Origin: Octopus vulgaris
Lineage: Eukaryota
DNA length: 64,000 bases
Direction of reading: 5' to 3'
Assembly: GCA_951406725.2 (NCBI GenBank)
Contig: OX597826.1
Location: 56,916,001-56,980,000 of the forward strand
Part shown: positions 29,596 to 43,259 of the stretch, piece by piece
Layout: each line of letters starts with the position of its first letter
Position numbering within the stretch: position 1 is the first letter of the stretch
Notes under the pieces: generated by a model
Seen by the model: the letters and a program-made list of their open reading frames with translations, nothing else
What the model was told of the DNA's origin: nothing
The model's database searches: none
Translations under genes and position numbers: made by a program

Positions 29596-29777
29596 ATTTA
29601 TTATATAGAAGGAGCTTCTACAGGACTAGAACTGTTTCATTCAAGAGTGAAGATTTCTCTTGAATGAAACAGTTCTAGTCCTGTAGAAGCTCCTTCTATA
29701 TAATAAATTAATTTTACTCTACTATGTATTGAGTACCTTATTTACTGTGGTTAACCCCGAATCAACCCGGGACCTAC
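29596..29777. mobile_element. foldback fragment (perfect 52-bp inverted repeat, 9-nt spacer), probable Penelope-like element end
   Basis: Arms 29596-29647 and 29657-29708 are exact reverse complements. The forward unit continues to about 29777 and is flanked by (TA)n. Hammerhead-like core at 29648-29680. The IR is certain; the PLE identity is inferred. Confidence 0.6.
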
Positions 29778-29908
<131 letters not shown>

Positions 29909-29938
29909 TACATCTAATGTGTATATCTATGTGTGCTT

Positions 29939-30102
29939 GCGCAGGAGTGTCTGTGTGGTAGGTAGCTTGCTTATCAACCACATGGTTCTGGGTTCAGTCC
30001 CACTGCGTAGCACTTTGGGCAAATGTCTTCTATTGTAGCCTCGAGCCAGCCAAAGCCTTGTGAGTGGTCTTGGTAGAAGGAAACTAAAAGAAGCCTGTCG
30101 TA
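29939..30102 (+). mobile_element. family B SINE head only, diverged
   Basis: Head match. Confidence 0.8.
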
Positions 30103-30212
30103 CATATATATATGCATGTATAAGGACTCACACCGAGTCCATATATGCAAAGTTGGGCCTCCTCTAAGTAACATTTGTCCCTGAATGCAATGTCATTTAC
30201 ATATCAAATATG

Positions 30213-30296
<84 letters not shown>

Positions 30297-30402
30297 GAGG
30301 GAATATTATTCCAAACTTACAAGGAAAAATTCAATTTTGATATATATATAATGTTGTATGTCATATATATACTGTATATAATCTATCATTTATATACATG
30401 TA

Positions 30403-30435
<33 letters not shown>

Positions 30436-30798
30436 ATGTATGTATGTATGTATGTATGTATGTATGTATGTATGTATGTATGTATGTATGTATGTATGTA
30501 GATAATGTGTATATTAGATTAAGGTTTAGTTCAGTGAAGTGCTAAATCCAGAGACATCTGCATGCTAGAGGGCCTTGTGTAATTAATTGAATATTCTTTT
30601 CTATTTGTGAACACAAGATGAAAGATTACTAATTCTTAATTCACCATTTGTTAATGAGCTTTTTTAAGAAAAAAAATTTTGCAGGGCAAATATTCAACTT
30701 TAAGAACATGCATAAAATACTGAGAGTGTTTGATATTACAAGCTCAAGTGCTTGATTCCTTAACTCTGAAACAGCAATATAGACTAAGTCTTGTTGAA

Positions 30799-30907
30799 TT
30801 AGTTAGTTAGTTAATTTTTTGGCTCAAAAAGCAAAAAGCAAGGCCATGTAGGGGTACATGGAGTTATGTACAGAGTGGTGTTCATGCAAAGAGTTCAGGC
30901 CACTTCT
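30799..30907 (-). mobile_element. extreme 3' end of a CR1-type LINE (last codons, 3' UTR and tail)
   Basis: Near-identical to about 45346-45458 (GGCTCAAAAAGCAAAAAGCAAGGCCATGTAGGGG...CATGCAAAGAGTTCAGGCCA). Confidence 0.82.
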
Positions 30908-31823
30908 ACTGTGGCTAGATAGATGATTTTCTCCAAGAATGTGCAATGCTTGATAATGGTACAATATAAAACGACTTCCTTTTATGTTCTCTATGCTTTT
31001 GTTTCTAGGAAAGAATTTTGTGTTTAGCCTTTAATATGTTACCGTTTTTTTTTGTTTTTTTTTTGTGAATATCACTTGAGTATACCTCAGTATCCATAAA
31101 CCCAGACTTTACAAACTCTTAATCCAGTTTTGTGTAAGAATATCTGTGTAATGCAAGTCCTTGCAGACGTGTGAAAGGTCCACATCAGACGTGAAATATA
31201 AGCTCTGTTTCAAATATCTCAGAATAGCTCTATTTCAAATAGCTCAGAATCTTAGTAACCAGTAACCCATGGTCTATGTATGAGTAATGTGCATATAGAT
31301 ATATACACTAATGCATATACATATGTGCAAGTTATGTACTTGGTATACTTGAAGGTCACTAAACAGAATTTTTGAGTCTGAGTGACTTACAAAAGACCCA
31401 ACACTTAAAGAAAGAGTGCCACCTACGCCCCAAATGAAGGGGAGTATACCTCCTTTAAATGTGTAGATCCTTGCCAACATACCACCCTCCAGTCACCCTG
31501 TCCTCATGTGTATGCCACTACAGTCTGAGAAACAGGTGCTGTTGCCTTACATCATTTCATTTTGCCAGAAATTAAATTTAAATAATTACTGAGGTCAGTA
31601 TGATCAAATAACACGACCAAAATCCAACAACTGAAGCCCAAAAATACACACATTAATCTATACACATACATGCATGCATACACAGTCATATATATCAGAT
31701 ACATATACGCACATACAGAGTATATAAAATACTGAGGTTGATTGACTAAATCGTTCAAGGTGATCCAGCATGGCCATTGTCCAATGACCAAAAGAGTAAA
31801 CATGTGTGAGACAGAGCGTATAT

Positions 31824-31884
<61 letters not shown>

Positions 31885-32416
31885 TACCTATATATGAAAG
31901 TATATGTGTGTACATATATGTGTGTGTGTATGTGTATATATATATATTTATGCATGCTTATGTGTGTATATATATATATTTATGCATATGTATGTGTATG
32001 TGCGTATATATTTATGCATATGTATACATGTGTGTACATATATATATATGTGTGTATGTATATATATATATTTATGCATGCTTATGTGTGTATATATATA
32101 TTTATGCATATGTATGTGCGTATATATATATATATTTATGCATATGTATATGTGTATAAACATACACACACATATACATATGTGTGTGTGCGTGTGTGTG
32201 TGTGTATACATGTGTGTAAGATTGTTGCAAACTAAAGATTTATGTGATAGAATGAAATCCATCCAGATTAGAAGACATAAGCTGGGCCGTGCGTAATTAA
32301 ATAGGAAGGATTGGGACCGATATAGATTACAGAGAAGTGTGTATTGAGTTCACTGCAGTTGTGTACATGGGGGAAAGGAGTCAGACAAGCCATCACACAC
32401 ACACACACACACACAC

Positions 32417-32471
<55 letters not shown>

Positions 32472-32575
32472 GTTATATATCTGAGGAGGATTTTAGCTTG
32501 TTCATGTCTGTTATGTGTATGTTTTCCTGGGATCTGTACATGCCCTCAGTTCAAGATTTAGTATAGTAATTATTG

Positions 32576-32790
32576 GCCAGCTGGCAGAATCGTTAGCACG
32601 CCGGGGCAAAATAATTAGCGGCATTTCGCCCGTCTTTTACGTTATGAGTTCAAATCCCGCCGAGGTTGACTTTGCTTTTCTTTCATCTATTAGGGGTTCG
32701 AAAAATTAAGTAACCAGGCAAGCACTGGGGGTCGATGTAATCTATTTAGCCCCTCCCCGAAATTGCTGGCCTTGTGCTAAAATTTTAAGC
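32576..32790 (+). mobile_element. family A' SINE, diverged
   Basis: Family A head and core plus the A' tail. Confidence 0.75.
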
Positions 32791-32895
32791 CATTATTATT
32801 ACTTTTATTATTATTTGTAGTAGTAGTAGTGGAGATGGTAGGGATGGCGGCGGCTGCGGTGGTGGTAGTAGTAGTCGTAGTAGTAGTAGTAGTAA

Positions 32896-33128
32896 GGCGG
32901 TGAGTGGATAGAATCGTTAGCACGCCGGACGAAATGCTTAGCGGCATTTCCACCGGCTTTATGTTCTGAGTTCAAATTCCACCGAGGTCGACTTTGCTTT
33001 TTATCCTTTTGGTAGTAATCAATAAAATAGGTACCAGTTGAGCACTGGGGTCTATGTAATCGACATCCCTCCCTCCCACACACATACACCGCCAAAATTT
33101 CAGGCCTTTTGCGTATAGTAGAGAGAAT
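32896..33128 (+). mobile_element. family A' SINE, diverged
   Basis: Family A head and core plus the A' tail. Confidence 0.75.
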
Positions 33129-33136
33129 TATTATAA

Positions 33137-33366
33137 GCGGCGAGCTGGCAGAAACGTTAGCACGCCGGGCAAAAGGCGTAGCCGTATTTCGTCTGTCGCT
33201 ACGTTCTGAGTTCAAATTCCGCCGTGGTCGACTTTGCCTTTCATCCTTTCGGAGTCGATAAATAAAGTACCAGTTTCGCACTGGGGTCGATGTAATCGAC
33301 TTAACCCCTTTGTCTGTCCTTGTTTGTCCCCTCTATGTTTAGCCCCTTGTGGGCAGTAAAGAAATA
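33137..33366 (+). mobile_element. family A SINE
   Basis: Full match. TSD TATTATAA (33129-33136 / 33367-33374). Confidence 0.9.
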
Positions 33367-33395
33367 TATTATAATTGTGTGTGTATGCGTATGAG

Positions 33396-33726
33396 GTGGA
33401 GGCGCAATGGCCCAGTGGTTAGGGCAGCGGACTCGCGGTCGTAGGATCGCGGTTTCGATTCCCAGACCGGACGTTGTGAGTGTTTATTGAGCGAAAACAC
33501 CTAATGCACCACAACTTTCTCTCACTCTTACTTCCTGTTTCTGTTGTACCTGAATTTCAAAGGGCCGGCCTTGTCACTCTCTGTGTCACGCTGAATATCC
33601 CCGAGAACTACGTTAAGGGTACACGTGTCTGTGGAGTGCTCAGCCACTTACACGTTAATTTTCAGGCTGTTCCGTTGATCGGATCAACCGGAACCCTCAT
33701 CGTCGTAACCGACGGAGTGCTTCCAC
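33396..33726 (+). mobile_element. family C SINE with an internal deletion of about 50 bp
   Basis: Matches 1860-2241. 14-bp TSD TGTATG(C/T)GTATGAG (33382-33395 / 33727-33740). Confidence 0.88.
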
Positions 33727-35029
33727 TGTATGTGTATGAGATCACTATATAACTCACTGTATTATTAGGGAGTAGCTAGACAGACAGTTAGCCAGGCAGG
33801 TAGATAGAGGGATAGACAGATCGATAGACACATACATACGTACAGGCTCTGTTTATACCGTTCTCTGACCCCAAGTGACCCTTGTCATGAAAGAAGTTCC
33901 TACCGTGTCCACCACCTACAGCCCACCTTATTCATTCATCGAAAACTACATTATCTAACGTGCCCATCCTATTCGAATGAGATTTGGCTGTCATTCTTCC
34001 TCTAAACCGGTCGACCAGCCATGTTTTTGTACATCTATTTTGACCCATAACTACTCACCTATCCGCACTTCAAAACACTTATAGTAACAAAATTCAGGTG
34101 AGCTACCTACTCCAGGTGAGTGGGTGCTCCGGAAACGAAGTGCAAAGGGCATCTTTAATAACGAGTGGAGGGGATAGAGGAAAGAGAAGGCGAGGAACAA
34201 ACAACAATAGCTTTAAGTCACTCGCTTGAATGTGCTTGTGTGTGTCTGAGTATATCTGTGCGTCAGTATATGTATTTGCCTATACACATGTACGTGTGAA
34301 CGTGAGGCGCCTTAAACTTTCCGAGTACGACTACTATGATGCACACACATCCTCTATAAAATCATTCATTCATAATTTTTTCATCAGCAATTTATGAATG
34401 GGTTTTGGCAGTCTTTTACAATTGACGCTTCAGTCGATCTATAAACAGACACACCTTCACACAGGCATGAACAAAACTACTTCGTTACATACACACACAT
34501 TCTATCATATAGATGTAGGTCTATCTATCTGTCTGTCTGTCTGTCTATCTATGTGCAAACAAGCATACATGGACATTTTTTACATACATACATATGTATA
34601 TAAATGTGTGTATCGAGAGAGAGAGAAAACAGACATTGTATACACGCATATACATACATGCATACATACAAATATATATAAATATACACACACACACACG
34701 TTCACAGCTCTCTCTCTCTCTCGCTCTCTCCCTATATATATATATATACACACACAAATATATATGTATATAACATATATACACATGCTTATACATATAA
34801 GCAGGGATTTATATACGTGCACATGCATACTTGTGTGTGTGTGTGTGTACACAAATGATCGGCCATACGGTGTGTATGTGTTTGTGTGTGTGTATACAAA
34901 TGATCACCTATACACACACACATATATAAACCAATATTTATAAATACGCAAATACATGAATATGTATGCACACACTCACGCACATAAATACATACTTGCT
35001 TACATGCATGTATGTACACACACACACAC

Positions 35030-35082
<53 letters not shown>

Positions 35083-36386
35083 TACATACATACATACACA
35101 CATATTCTTTTCATATATACGCATATATTTCCTTTTAGATACATAGCCAAACGCGTGCACACGCGCTCGCTCTCTCTCACACACACACACATTAAACCAT
35201 CATGAAATCATACAAAACGAAGGGACGTTCATTTCAACCGATTGTCCGTGGTAATAGAGATAGTCGAGTATGGTATTGGAAATTTGTATACTGCACACTG
35301 AATAAAGAAAAACAGTGACAAAATTCCGGAAAATACTCTGAACATCATCTAACTATTTAAAACATATAAATATCTATTTCATAAAATCATTTACACCTTC
35401 ATTATGTTGAAAATCGGGCAGGAGCCGGACAAAATACTAAGTGGCATTTCTTCCGGTTTTACACGAGTTCGAACTCCATTTAAGTCAACTTTGCCTCACA
35501 TTCCCTTTCTGAGTAGAAAAACTAAGTACCAGCCGAACACTAGTGAAATCCACTGCCCCGACCCCAACTAAAAATTTCATGCTTTGTGCCTATAAGAAAG
35601 AATTATGATAATATTAGAAAGCTATACCGTAAATTGATAAGAGATGGAAGTGTAGTGAATGTAGAGGCGAAAATATGCCATTATGAGTTAACAGCGACTC
35701 GAAACTGCAGAGCCTTAGGGACTGAGTCAACAGTACCTGGGTCATCAATGTATTGGCAAACTTAACAGCTACAAGCAAGGCCGGGATGGACATGCGTGAA
35801 AAATCAGTCGAGTTTCAGTTATCATGTTGACACTACTTCCACTCAATGAATTCCCTTAAATTTCTGAAATGTGAATAATATACCTCCAAAATCCTCTGCC
35901 TCAAAACCTCAAAAATTGTATTCTACCCCCACAACAAACGGCAGTTTCCCTCAAGCCGTGGCATTTCATTAAGTGGCTAAACTGTTTATTGCATACATGT
36001 GGGTTGTAGTTCTTGACGGTACAATGCATTCTTTGTCCTCGTATGTCGTTCCTAAAGACGTCCTCTTCTATCGTCACGAGGATTTCGTCCACATAGCTTG
36101 GTTGGTGCAATCTCTTACAGGCTACAATTATACCTTAATTCACTGGATGGGTCGTAGCAGTAACAAACAGATACAAAGAAAAACTGCACCTTGTTTTACT
36201 ATCATTACTAACAAGTTAATGACCATCTGGGTGCTCACTAAAATTATTTACGTCTGTACTTCTTAAGTAGAAAAGTTTGAGGACATCCTGATGCTACACA
36301 CATACCAGAGCAATGAAATGTGAGAAAAGAAAAACCAATCCTTAACGATAAGGCCATTGCAGCGCGATTTCTTGGAATATTTTATC

Positions 36387-36615
36387 TTTTACTTGCTTCA
36401 GTCAATGGTGGGGTTGGGTGGGGGTAAAAACGCACGCGCATACACAACCTGCTTCTTTCAGTTTTCGTTTGCCAAATCCACTTACAAAGCTTTGGTCGAC
36501 CCGAGCTATAGTAAAAGACACTTCCGCCCCAAGGTGCCACATATTGGGACTGAACCCGGAACCACGCGGTCGTGAAGCAAACTTTTCTTACTACACTGCC
36601 ACACCTGTGCCTGTA
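36387..36615 (-). mobile_element. degenerate family B SINE
   Basis: Diverged head match (GCTTCTTTCAGTTTTCG...CCCAAGGTGCCAC...GGGACTGAACCCGGAACC). Confidence 0.7.
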
Positions 36616-37449
36616 TTTGGTAAATTAGGAATCTTTCATACTTAATTTAGTAATTAAACATCTTCTTCAAGGAACTGCTTTCTTCAGTTGGTGCGCAACC
36701 CGCTTCGTCGACATGGGTAATTCTATTTACTCATTCCACTTTTAAATCACCATGCACTTAAGGGACATAGCTGAAGCCTACATGCCTAGGTAGAGCTTGG
36801 CTATAGTTCTTTGAATTTTGACACTAAAGCGATGTTACTGGAGAATCCTTGATGGATCAACCATTTCGTCATTGGCTCCTCAATATTCGCACCTTTTCTA
36901 ACTGCCAAATGCTTCCATACGTCAACAGATGATGGTCAAGAATTTGTATCAATATCATATTTCTGAGAAAGTTCAGTGAGTTAGTACTTAGCTAAGCATG
37001 TGCCCAACACAGCTTTTTACCCTTATACTCTCCATAAACTGTCGTCAACGAAGCACCAGTTTCTAACCTCGATATATAAATTCCAGTTTCGAAGCTGCTT
37101 CTTCGTTGAAATATCCACAGAAATTGCAAGAAAACACAAATTGGTTTGCATGGAGTATGGTAATAGTTGTTACATTGTGGCCCTGTTGCAAATGTGCTGA
37201 GTCTACAAATCTTGTCTAAGTATTATTCAGTAATAAGCATACGAACTTAAGGCCAATTCAGCCTCACTTGATTTCTTTTAGTTTGAGCATGTATGTACAC
37301 GGATACAAATGTTCACATACTATGTAGATATTTCCATGCATACACACAGATGCGCGTGCACGGCTAAATATTAAGAAAGGCTTCGCGAAAAGATACAAAT
37401 ACATGTATGTATGTATGTATGTATGTATGTATGTATGTATGTATGTATG

Positions 37450-37480
<31 letters not shown>

Positions 37481-37868
37481 GACATTGTAGATCTTTAGCT
37501 GGGCTAAAAAGTCACATTCGATCACAGCACCAGTAACAGTTAAGCTTCGTGCAATGGACATACTCGATAACGAGGGGGCAGCCATAATGTATGTATGTAT
37601 GTATGTATGTATGTATGTATGTATGTATGTATGTGTATGTATGCATACATGGTTATCCATGTTTACATATTACATATTATGTACATATTACGAGCGTATA
37701 TATATATATACATACATACACACACACACACATATATATATATACATACCTACAAGTGCCAGGCATTTATCTATAGCAATCACAGTCATAGACACATGTA
37801 ATAGCTAAATAGAAGCTCGTGTATTTACATGGATTTGTATGTATGTCTTTATATGCATAATACATACA

Positions 37869-37913
<45 letters not shown>

Positions 37914-38360
37914 CATAATTCATTTATGGACCTGGAGAGACACACATACACAATGTTACTATTCTCACTCATATTGATATGCGATATCAGCACGCATACA
38001 CACACTGTAGTTAATGGATCTTCGTCAGGGTCGACGGCGAGTATTCCGTTATTAAATCAACTGAGTGACCTACTCTTTGAATTCCCAATGTAAGTGACTG
38101 TTTATTCCGCATACTCATGTACCCTTAAAGTAACTCCACCCCCAGCAGAATCAACATGGTGTAGTGTAACAGGGTTAGACTCTTTCAGTTACTGGTACAA
38201 ATTCCACCCGACAATATCTCACTCAGTTTCATCTTTGTGTAATTTCACTCACAAAGCTTGTGTAAGAGACACACAAAACTATTATGGTAAAACCCGCTTG
38301 CCCAAGACGCTGCTTATTGGTATCGAACCCGGGACCTTTATGATAGTAAAGCGAACATCT

Positions 38361-38600
38361 CTTTTACTCCTTTACTCTTTTAATTGTTTCAGTCATTTGA
38401 CTGCGGCCATGCTGGAGCACCGCCTTTAATCGAGCAACTCGACCCCAGGACTTATTCTTTTGTAAGCCCAGAACTTATTCTATTTTGCCGAACCGCTAAG
38501 TGACGGGGACGTAAACACACCAGCATCGGTTGTCAAGCAATGCATGGGGGACAAACACAGACACACAAACACACACACATATATATATACATATATACGA
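38361..38600 (-). mobile_element. family B SINE tail half (degenerate head remnant adjacent at about 38220-38360)
   Basis: Tail match ends in the internal microsatellite. Confidence 0.82.
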
Positions 38601-38628
38601 CAGTCAATCTGTGTGAATGTATGCGTAG

Positions 38629-38659
<31 letters not shown>

Positions 38660-39096
38660 AGAGAGAGAAAGAGAGAGGTTACCATCCGCCCAGGAATATA
38701 ATGTTCTGACGAAGAAATATTATTTAGTATATTTATATATACAAACACTCGTATCACTAGAGATTTTCACCAATGAGATGGAAACTACTACCACAGTGAG
38801 GTATTGAACTTCCGAACAGCTGATGTGAAACTATTACTCTGTAAATGTATTGAGTTTGCTCTTTCTTTCAGGTAACTGTAATTGGCACATTTTCGTGTGT
38901 GTGTGTGTGTGTGTGTGCAGCAGAAAACTAGACGCAAGATTTTCATTCGTATATAAGAGACCGGCTGACTCGTACAGCAGACACTGTGTTATATGCGTGT
39001 GTGTGTGCGTTGTACGTGTCAGTCAGACCGACGTCTCTCTATCATATATGTATGAAGATCTGTGTAATTTGTACGTCTAGTTATCTACCTGTCTGA

Positions 39097-39640
39097 ATAC
39101 ATACATACACACATACATACACATACGTACATACATAATTCATAAATACATACATGCATACACACACATACATACATACATGCACGCATACATACATACA
39201 TACATGCATACATACATACATACATACATATATACATACATACATACATACATACATACATACATAAATACATACATATATACATACATACATATATGCA
39301 TGCATGCATACATACATACCCATACATACACGCATACATACATACACACACATACAAACATACATACATACTTACACACACACACATACATACATAAATA
39401 AATACATACATAAATACATACATACATACATACATACGTACATACGTACGTACATCATACATACATACATGCATTCATACATACATACATACAAACATAC
39501 ATACATACACACACACATACATACTTACACACACACATACACACATACATACATACATACATACATACATACATACATACATACATACATACATACATAC
39601 ATACATACACATACATACATACATACGTTACATACATATG
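39097..39640. repeat. compound (CATA)n microsatellite, about 540 bp
   Basis: Read directly. Confidence 0.95.
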
Positions 39641-39729
39641 TATGAGTGTGTGAGAATGTATGATGCACAAATATGTGTGTGTGTATCTCGTCACCATTCT
39701 ATGTTCCATTGTATATTTGAAAGATCCCC

Positions 39730-39801
<72 letters not shown>

Positions 39802-40303
39802 GTAAATTATAGTATGGAAATGATACCAGGTGCATGCGAGAGAAATTAGGTATATACGGCTCAGCCTGTGTATGTAAGGCAGCGTGTGTGTGTGCGTGTG
39901 ATTTCACAGCCTGAACATTACAATATGTATGTGTGGGAGTTTGAAACTACTGTGTATTGCTAGTTTCATTGAACTTGAGAAAGAGAGAGAGAGTGAATGA
40001 GTGAGAGTGAGTGAATGAGTGAGGGTGAGTGAATGTGTCAGAGAGAGAGTGTTTGTGTCTGTGTGACTACGCATGATCGTTTGCGCGTAAAAGCATTCGA
40101 GTTCTATACAGTGTATTTCTTTTCGTATTATATACCTACCTATTTACATTTAAATGTGGGAGATTATGACAACTTATGTCCGGGTGCTATGATGCTGGGA
40201 TGTATGTATACAAGCGATATTTTCTGTGCACAAACGGCGGTGTGTGTGTGTGTGTGTGCGTGTGTTAAGCATCTTCTGACAACGATTTTCAACAATAACA
40301 AAG

Positions 40304-40728
40304 GGATATTTTCGGTTTGACCGGCAGTTTTTTTTTTAAATAATTTCCCCGTAACTAAACACTTTTAAACTTCGTATACTGGTAGAATGTGTTTATGAAA
40401 CATCTTTTTCTCTTGGCTTTATTGAGAAAATTCTATGGTTTGTAAGATAGTCGTTATTCTTTTTTTCTGCAATTTCAACCAATCAGTGACGTCTATTGAG
40501 GTGAAAACATTCTGTGTCGTATGAATATGTCCCTCGTTTAAGAAACAGATAGGGTTTATTTATATTTCTGAAGAAAAAAAGATACCCTTCCCCCCACCCC
40601 TAACCCTAACTCTAACCCTAACCCTAAAACAGATTGAAATGCAATAGATCGATACTAGGGTCATAATTATGGGTGACAATTTCATATGACACCGCTAGAA
40701 AAAACTGCCGTTCAAACCGAAAAGATCC
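40304..40728. mobile_element. non-autonomous TIR DNA transposon (MITE) with internal (CCCTAA)5, possibly Merlin-type
   Basis: TIRs of about 30 bp: GGATATTTTCGGTTTGACCGGCAGTTTTTT / AAAAAACTGCCGTTCAAACCGAAAAGATCC (2 mismatches). 8-bp TSD TAACAAAG / AAACAAAG. Telomeric hexamers at 40598-40627. Confidence 0.85.
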
Positions 40729-41006
40729 AAACAAAGTACTAGAGTTACTGTCCAGCATTAGTGTTTATAACTATTTACTACCTGCTCATAAAAAAAATAT
40801 ATAATTCTACCGAATAATGAAACAGGAGATAGGTGCACAGAACTTATTTCCCTGCAAAAGGAATACATACACGCTTAAGTTAATATCCTGATATTCTCAA
40901 ATGTGTCTCAAAAACTTGCGGCACATGTGCAGCCCCACCAGTGGTGATCGCAACACAAGTGACTGCTTTTCTACATTTTACCTACATATATATTTCTATG
41001 CGCCAT

Positions 41007-41349
41007 GAAGGCGCATGGTTAAGTGGTTAGAGCGTCGAGCTTACGATCGTGAGGTTGTGAGCTCGAATCCCGGACCGGGCTGCGTGCTGTGTTCTTGAGC
41101 AAGGCACTTTATTTCACGTTGCTCCAGTTCACTCAGCTGTAGAAATGAGTTGCGACGTCACAGGTGCCAAGCTGTATCGACCTTTGTCTTTCCCTTGGAT
41201 AACACTGGTGGCGTGGAAAGAGGAGGCTGGTATGCATGGGCGACTGCTGGTCTTCCATAAACAACCTTGCCCAGACTTGTGTCTAGGAGGGTAACTTTCT
41301 AGGTGCAATCACATGCTCAGTCATGAACGAAGGGGGTCTTTACCCTTTT
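41007..41349 (+). mobile_element. tRNA-derived SINE family D with CORE-like central domain
   Basis: A box TGGTTAAGTGG, B box GCTCGAATCCC, then TGTGTTCTTGAGCAAGGCACTTTA...CAGCTGTAGAAATGAG resembling the CORE-SINE domain. Single copy in the window. Confidence 0.7.
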
Positions 41350-41500
41350 ATATTTCTTTATTAGTTTACCTACATATATGTCTATCTATACTTGTTTGTT
41401 CTGCGGTGATGAGCATGTGGGTTTCTCAGACTGTTTGTACTTTTGTGTTTTACATGGTTATGGACAAGTGCGTGTGTGTGTGTGTGTATGTGCCGTTCTC

Positions 41501-41916
41501 TCTTTTACTCTCTTATACTTGTTTAGATCACTTGACTGCGGCCATGCTGGAGCACCGCCTTTAGTCGAGCAAATCGACCCCAGGACTTATTCTTTGTAAG
41601 CCTAGTACTTATTCTATCGCGGTCTCTTTTGCCGAACCGCTAAGTTACGGGGACATAAATACACCAGCATCGGTTGTCAAGCGATGTTGGGGAAACAAAC
41701 ACAGACTCACAAAACACACACACACACACACAGACACAAATATATACATATACATATATCCGATGGGCTTCTTTCAGTTTCCGTCTACCATATCCACTCA
41801 CAAGACTTTGGTCGGCCCGAGGCTATAGTAGAAGACACTTGCCCAAGGTGTCACGCAGTGGGACTGAACCCGGTGGTTGTTAAGCAAGCTACTTACCACA
41901 CAGCCACTCCTGCGCC
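41501..41916 (-). mobile_element. family B SINE, full length
   Basis: Complete match. Confidence 0.9.
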
Positions 41917-42131
41917 TATAGCCACTGTCTATATTCTCCACAAAGGAGTGAATATATTATACGTCACTTCATGCATAACAACTGCAAGGTATGAAAGAGG
42001 GAGCCACTACATTGCTGTTCGATTCACTAGAAATATCGACCAAATCATACCCAAAGTATACCTTTCTGTCTTAAAAAAAAGGGACGTACTGTAGCCTTAG
42101 ATACACTATGACAAAATGAATGACGAGAATA

Positions 42132-42361
42132 GGTATTTCTTTACTACCCACAAAGGGCTAAATACAGAGAGGACAAACAAGGACAGACAAAGGGATTAAG
42201 TCGATTATATCGACCCCAGTGCGTAACTGGTACTTATTTAATCGACCCCGAAAGGATGAAAGGCAAAGTCGACCTCGGCGGAACTTGAACTCAGAACGTA
42301 ACGGCAGACGAAATACGGCTACGCATTTCGCCCGGCGTGCTAACGTTTATGCCAGCTCGCC
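42132..42361 (-). mobile_element. family A SINE
   Basis: Complete match. TSD GAGAATA. Confidence 0.9.
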
Positions 42362-42919
42362 GAGAATATCATGGCTTTGACACCTTTGATTCTGGACTAA
42401 AACAGTAAGAATTGTCTTACAACATGCTCAGATCTATCTATATATATATATTCTTTCTCTATACGTACATATCCTGCACGTAGTTTACACGTACGCGCAC
42501 ACATTCAGACACATCGTCTGAATAATCGATAGCGCGAGACGCGATTACATTTGAAACATCAGTTATTTAATAGAACACATACAATGAATATTTTATCTCT
42601 CGTTTATACGCATATATTCATATTTACATGAATATATTCATAGATACAACAAATCTACTCTTTTATAAATCCAAGTTCCTTGGCTACAGGACTACTAAGT
42701 TTGGACAACTGCCGTGCTAATGACGCCTACCGAGGCAGAAGCACGGATCCACAACTGTCCTCTTCTCCAGCACATCAACTTTGCAGAATTCTTGAGTCTT
42801 GAGATTATCTCCCCTTCTCATATAAAACTAGTCTTAAATGCTATTTGGTAATTAAGACACTTCCTCCAAAGGCGGAGATAATTTTAATAAATCAAAAATT
42901 TATGTTCTATAATATTCGA

Positions 42920-43185
42920 TATGCTCATTCTATCGGGTTTTTTTGCCAAACCGCTAGGTAATAGGGATGTAAACACGCCAATACCGGTTGTCAAGCATTA
43001 GTGGGAGACAAACAGAGACACAAAAAACGGGTTTCTTTCAGTTTCCGTCAACAAAATCCACTCATAAGGCTATAATAAAAGACTGAGACTATTATAATAA
43101 AAGACACTTGCCCAATGTGCATTCAGCGGGACTGAACTCTGAACCATGTGGTTGGGAAGCTTACTTCCTACAACACTGACGCACT
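42920..43185 (-). mobile_element. degenerate family B SINE
   Basis: Diverged colinear match. Confidence 0.7.
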
Positions 43186-43194
43186 GATATATAT

Positions 43195-43259
<65 letters not shown>

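Noticed and set aside
40598-40627. True telomere or chromosome-fusion scar
   Set aside because: Only five units, single orientation, enclosed by transposon TIRs.
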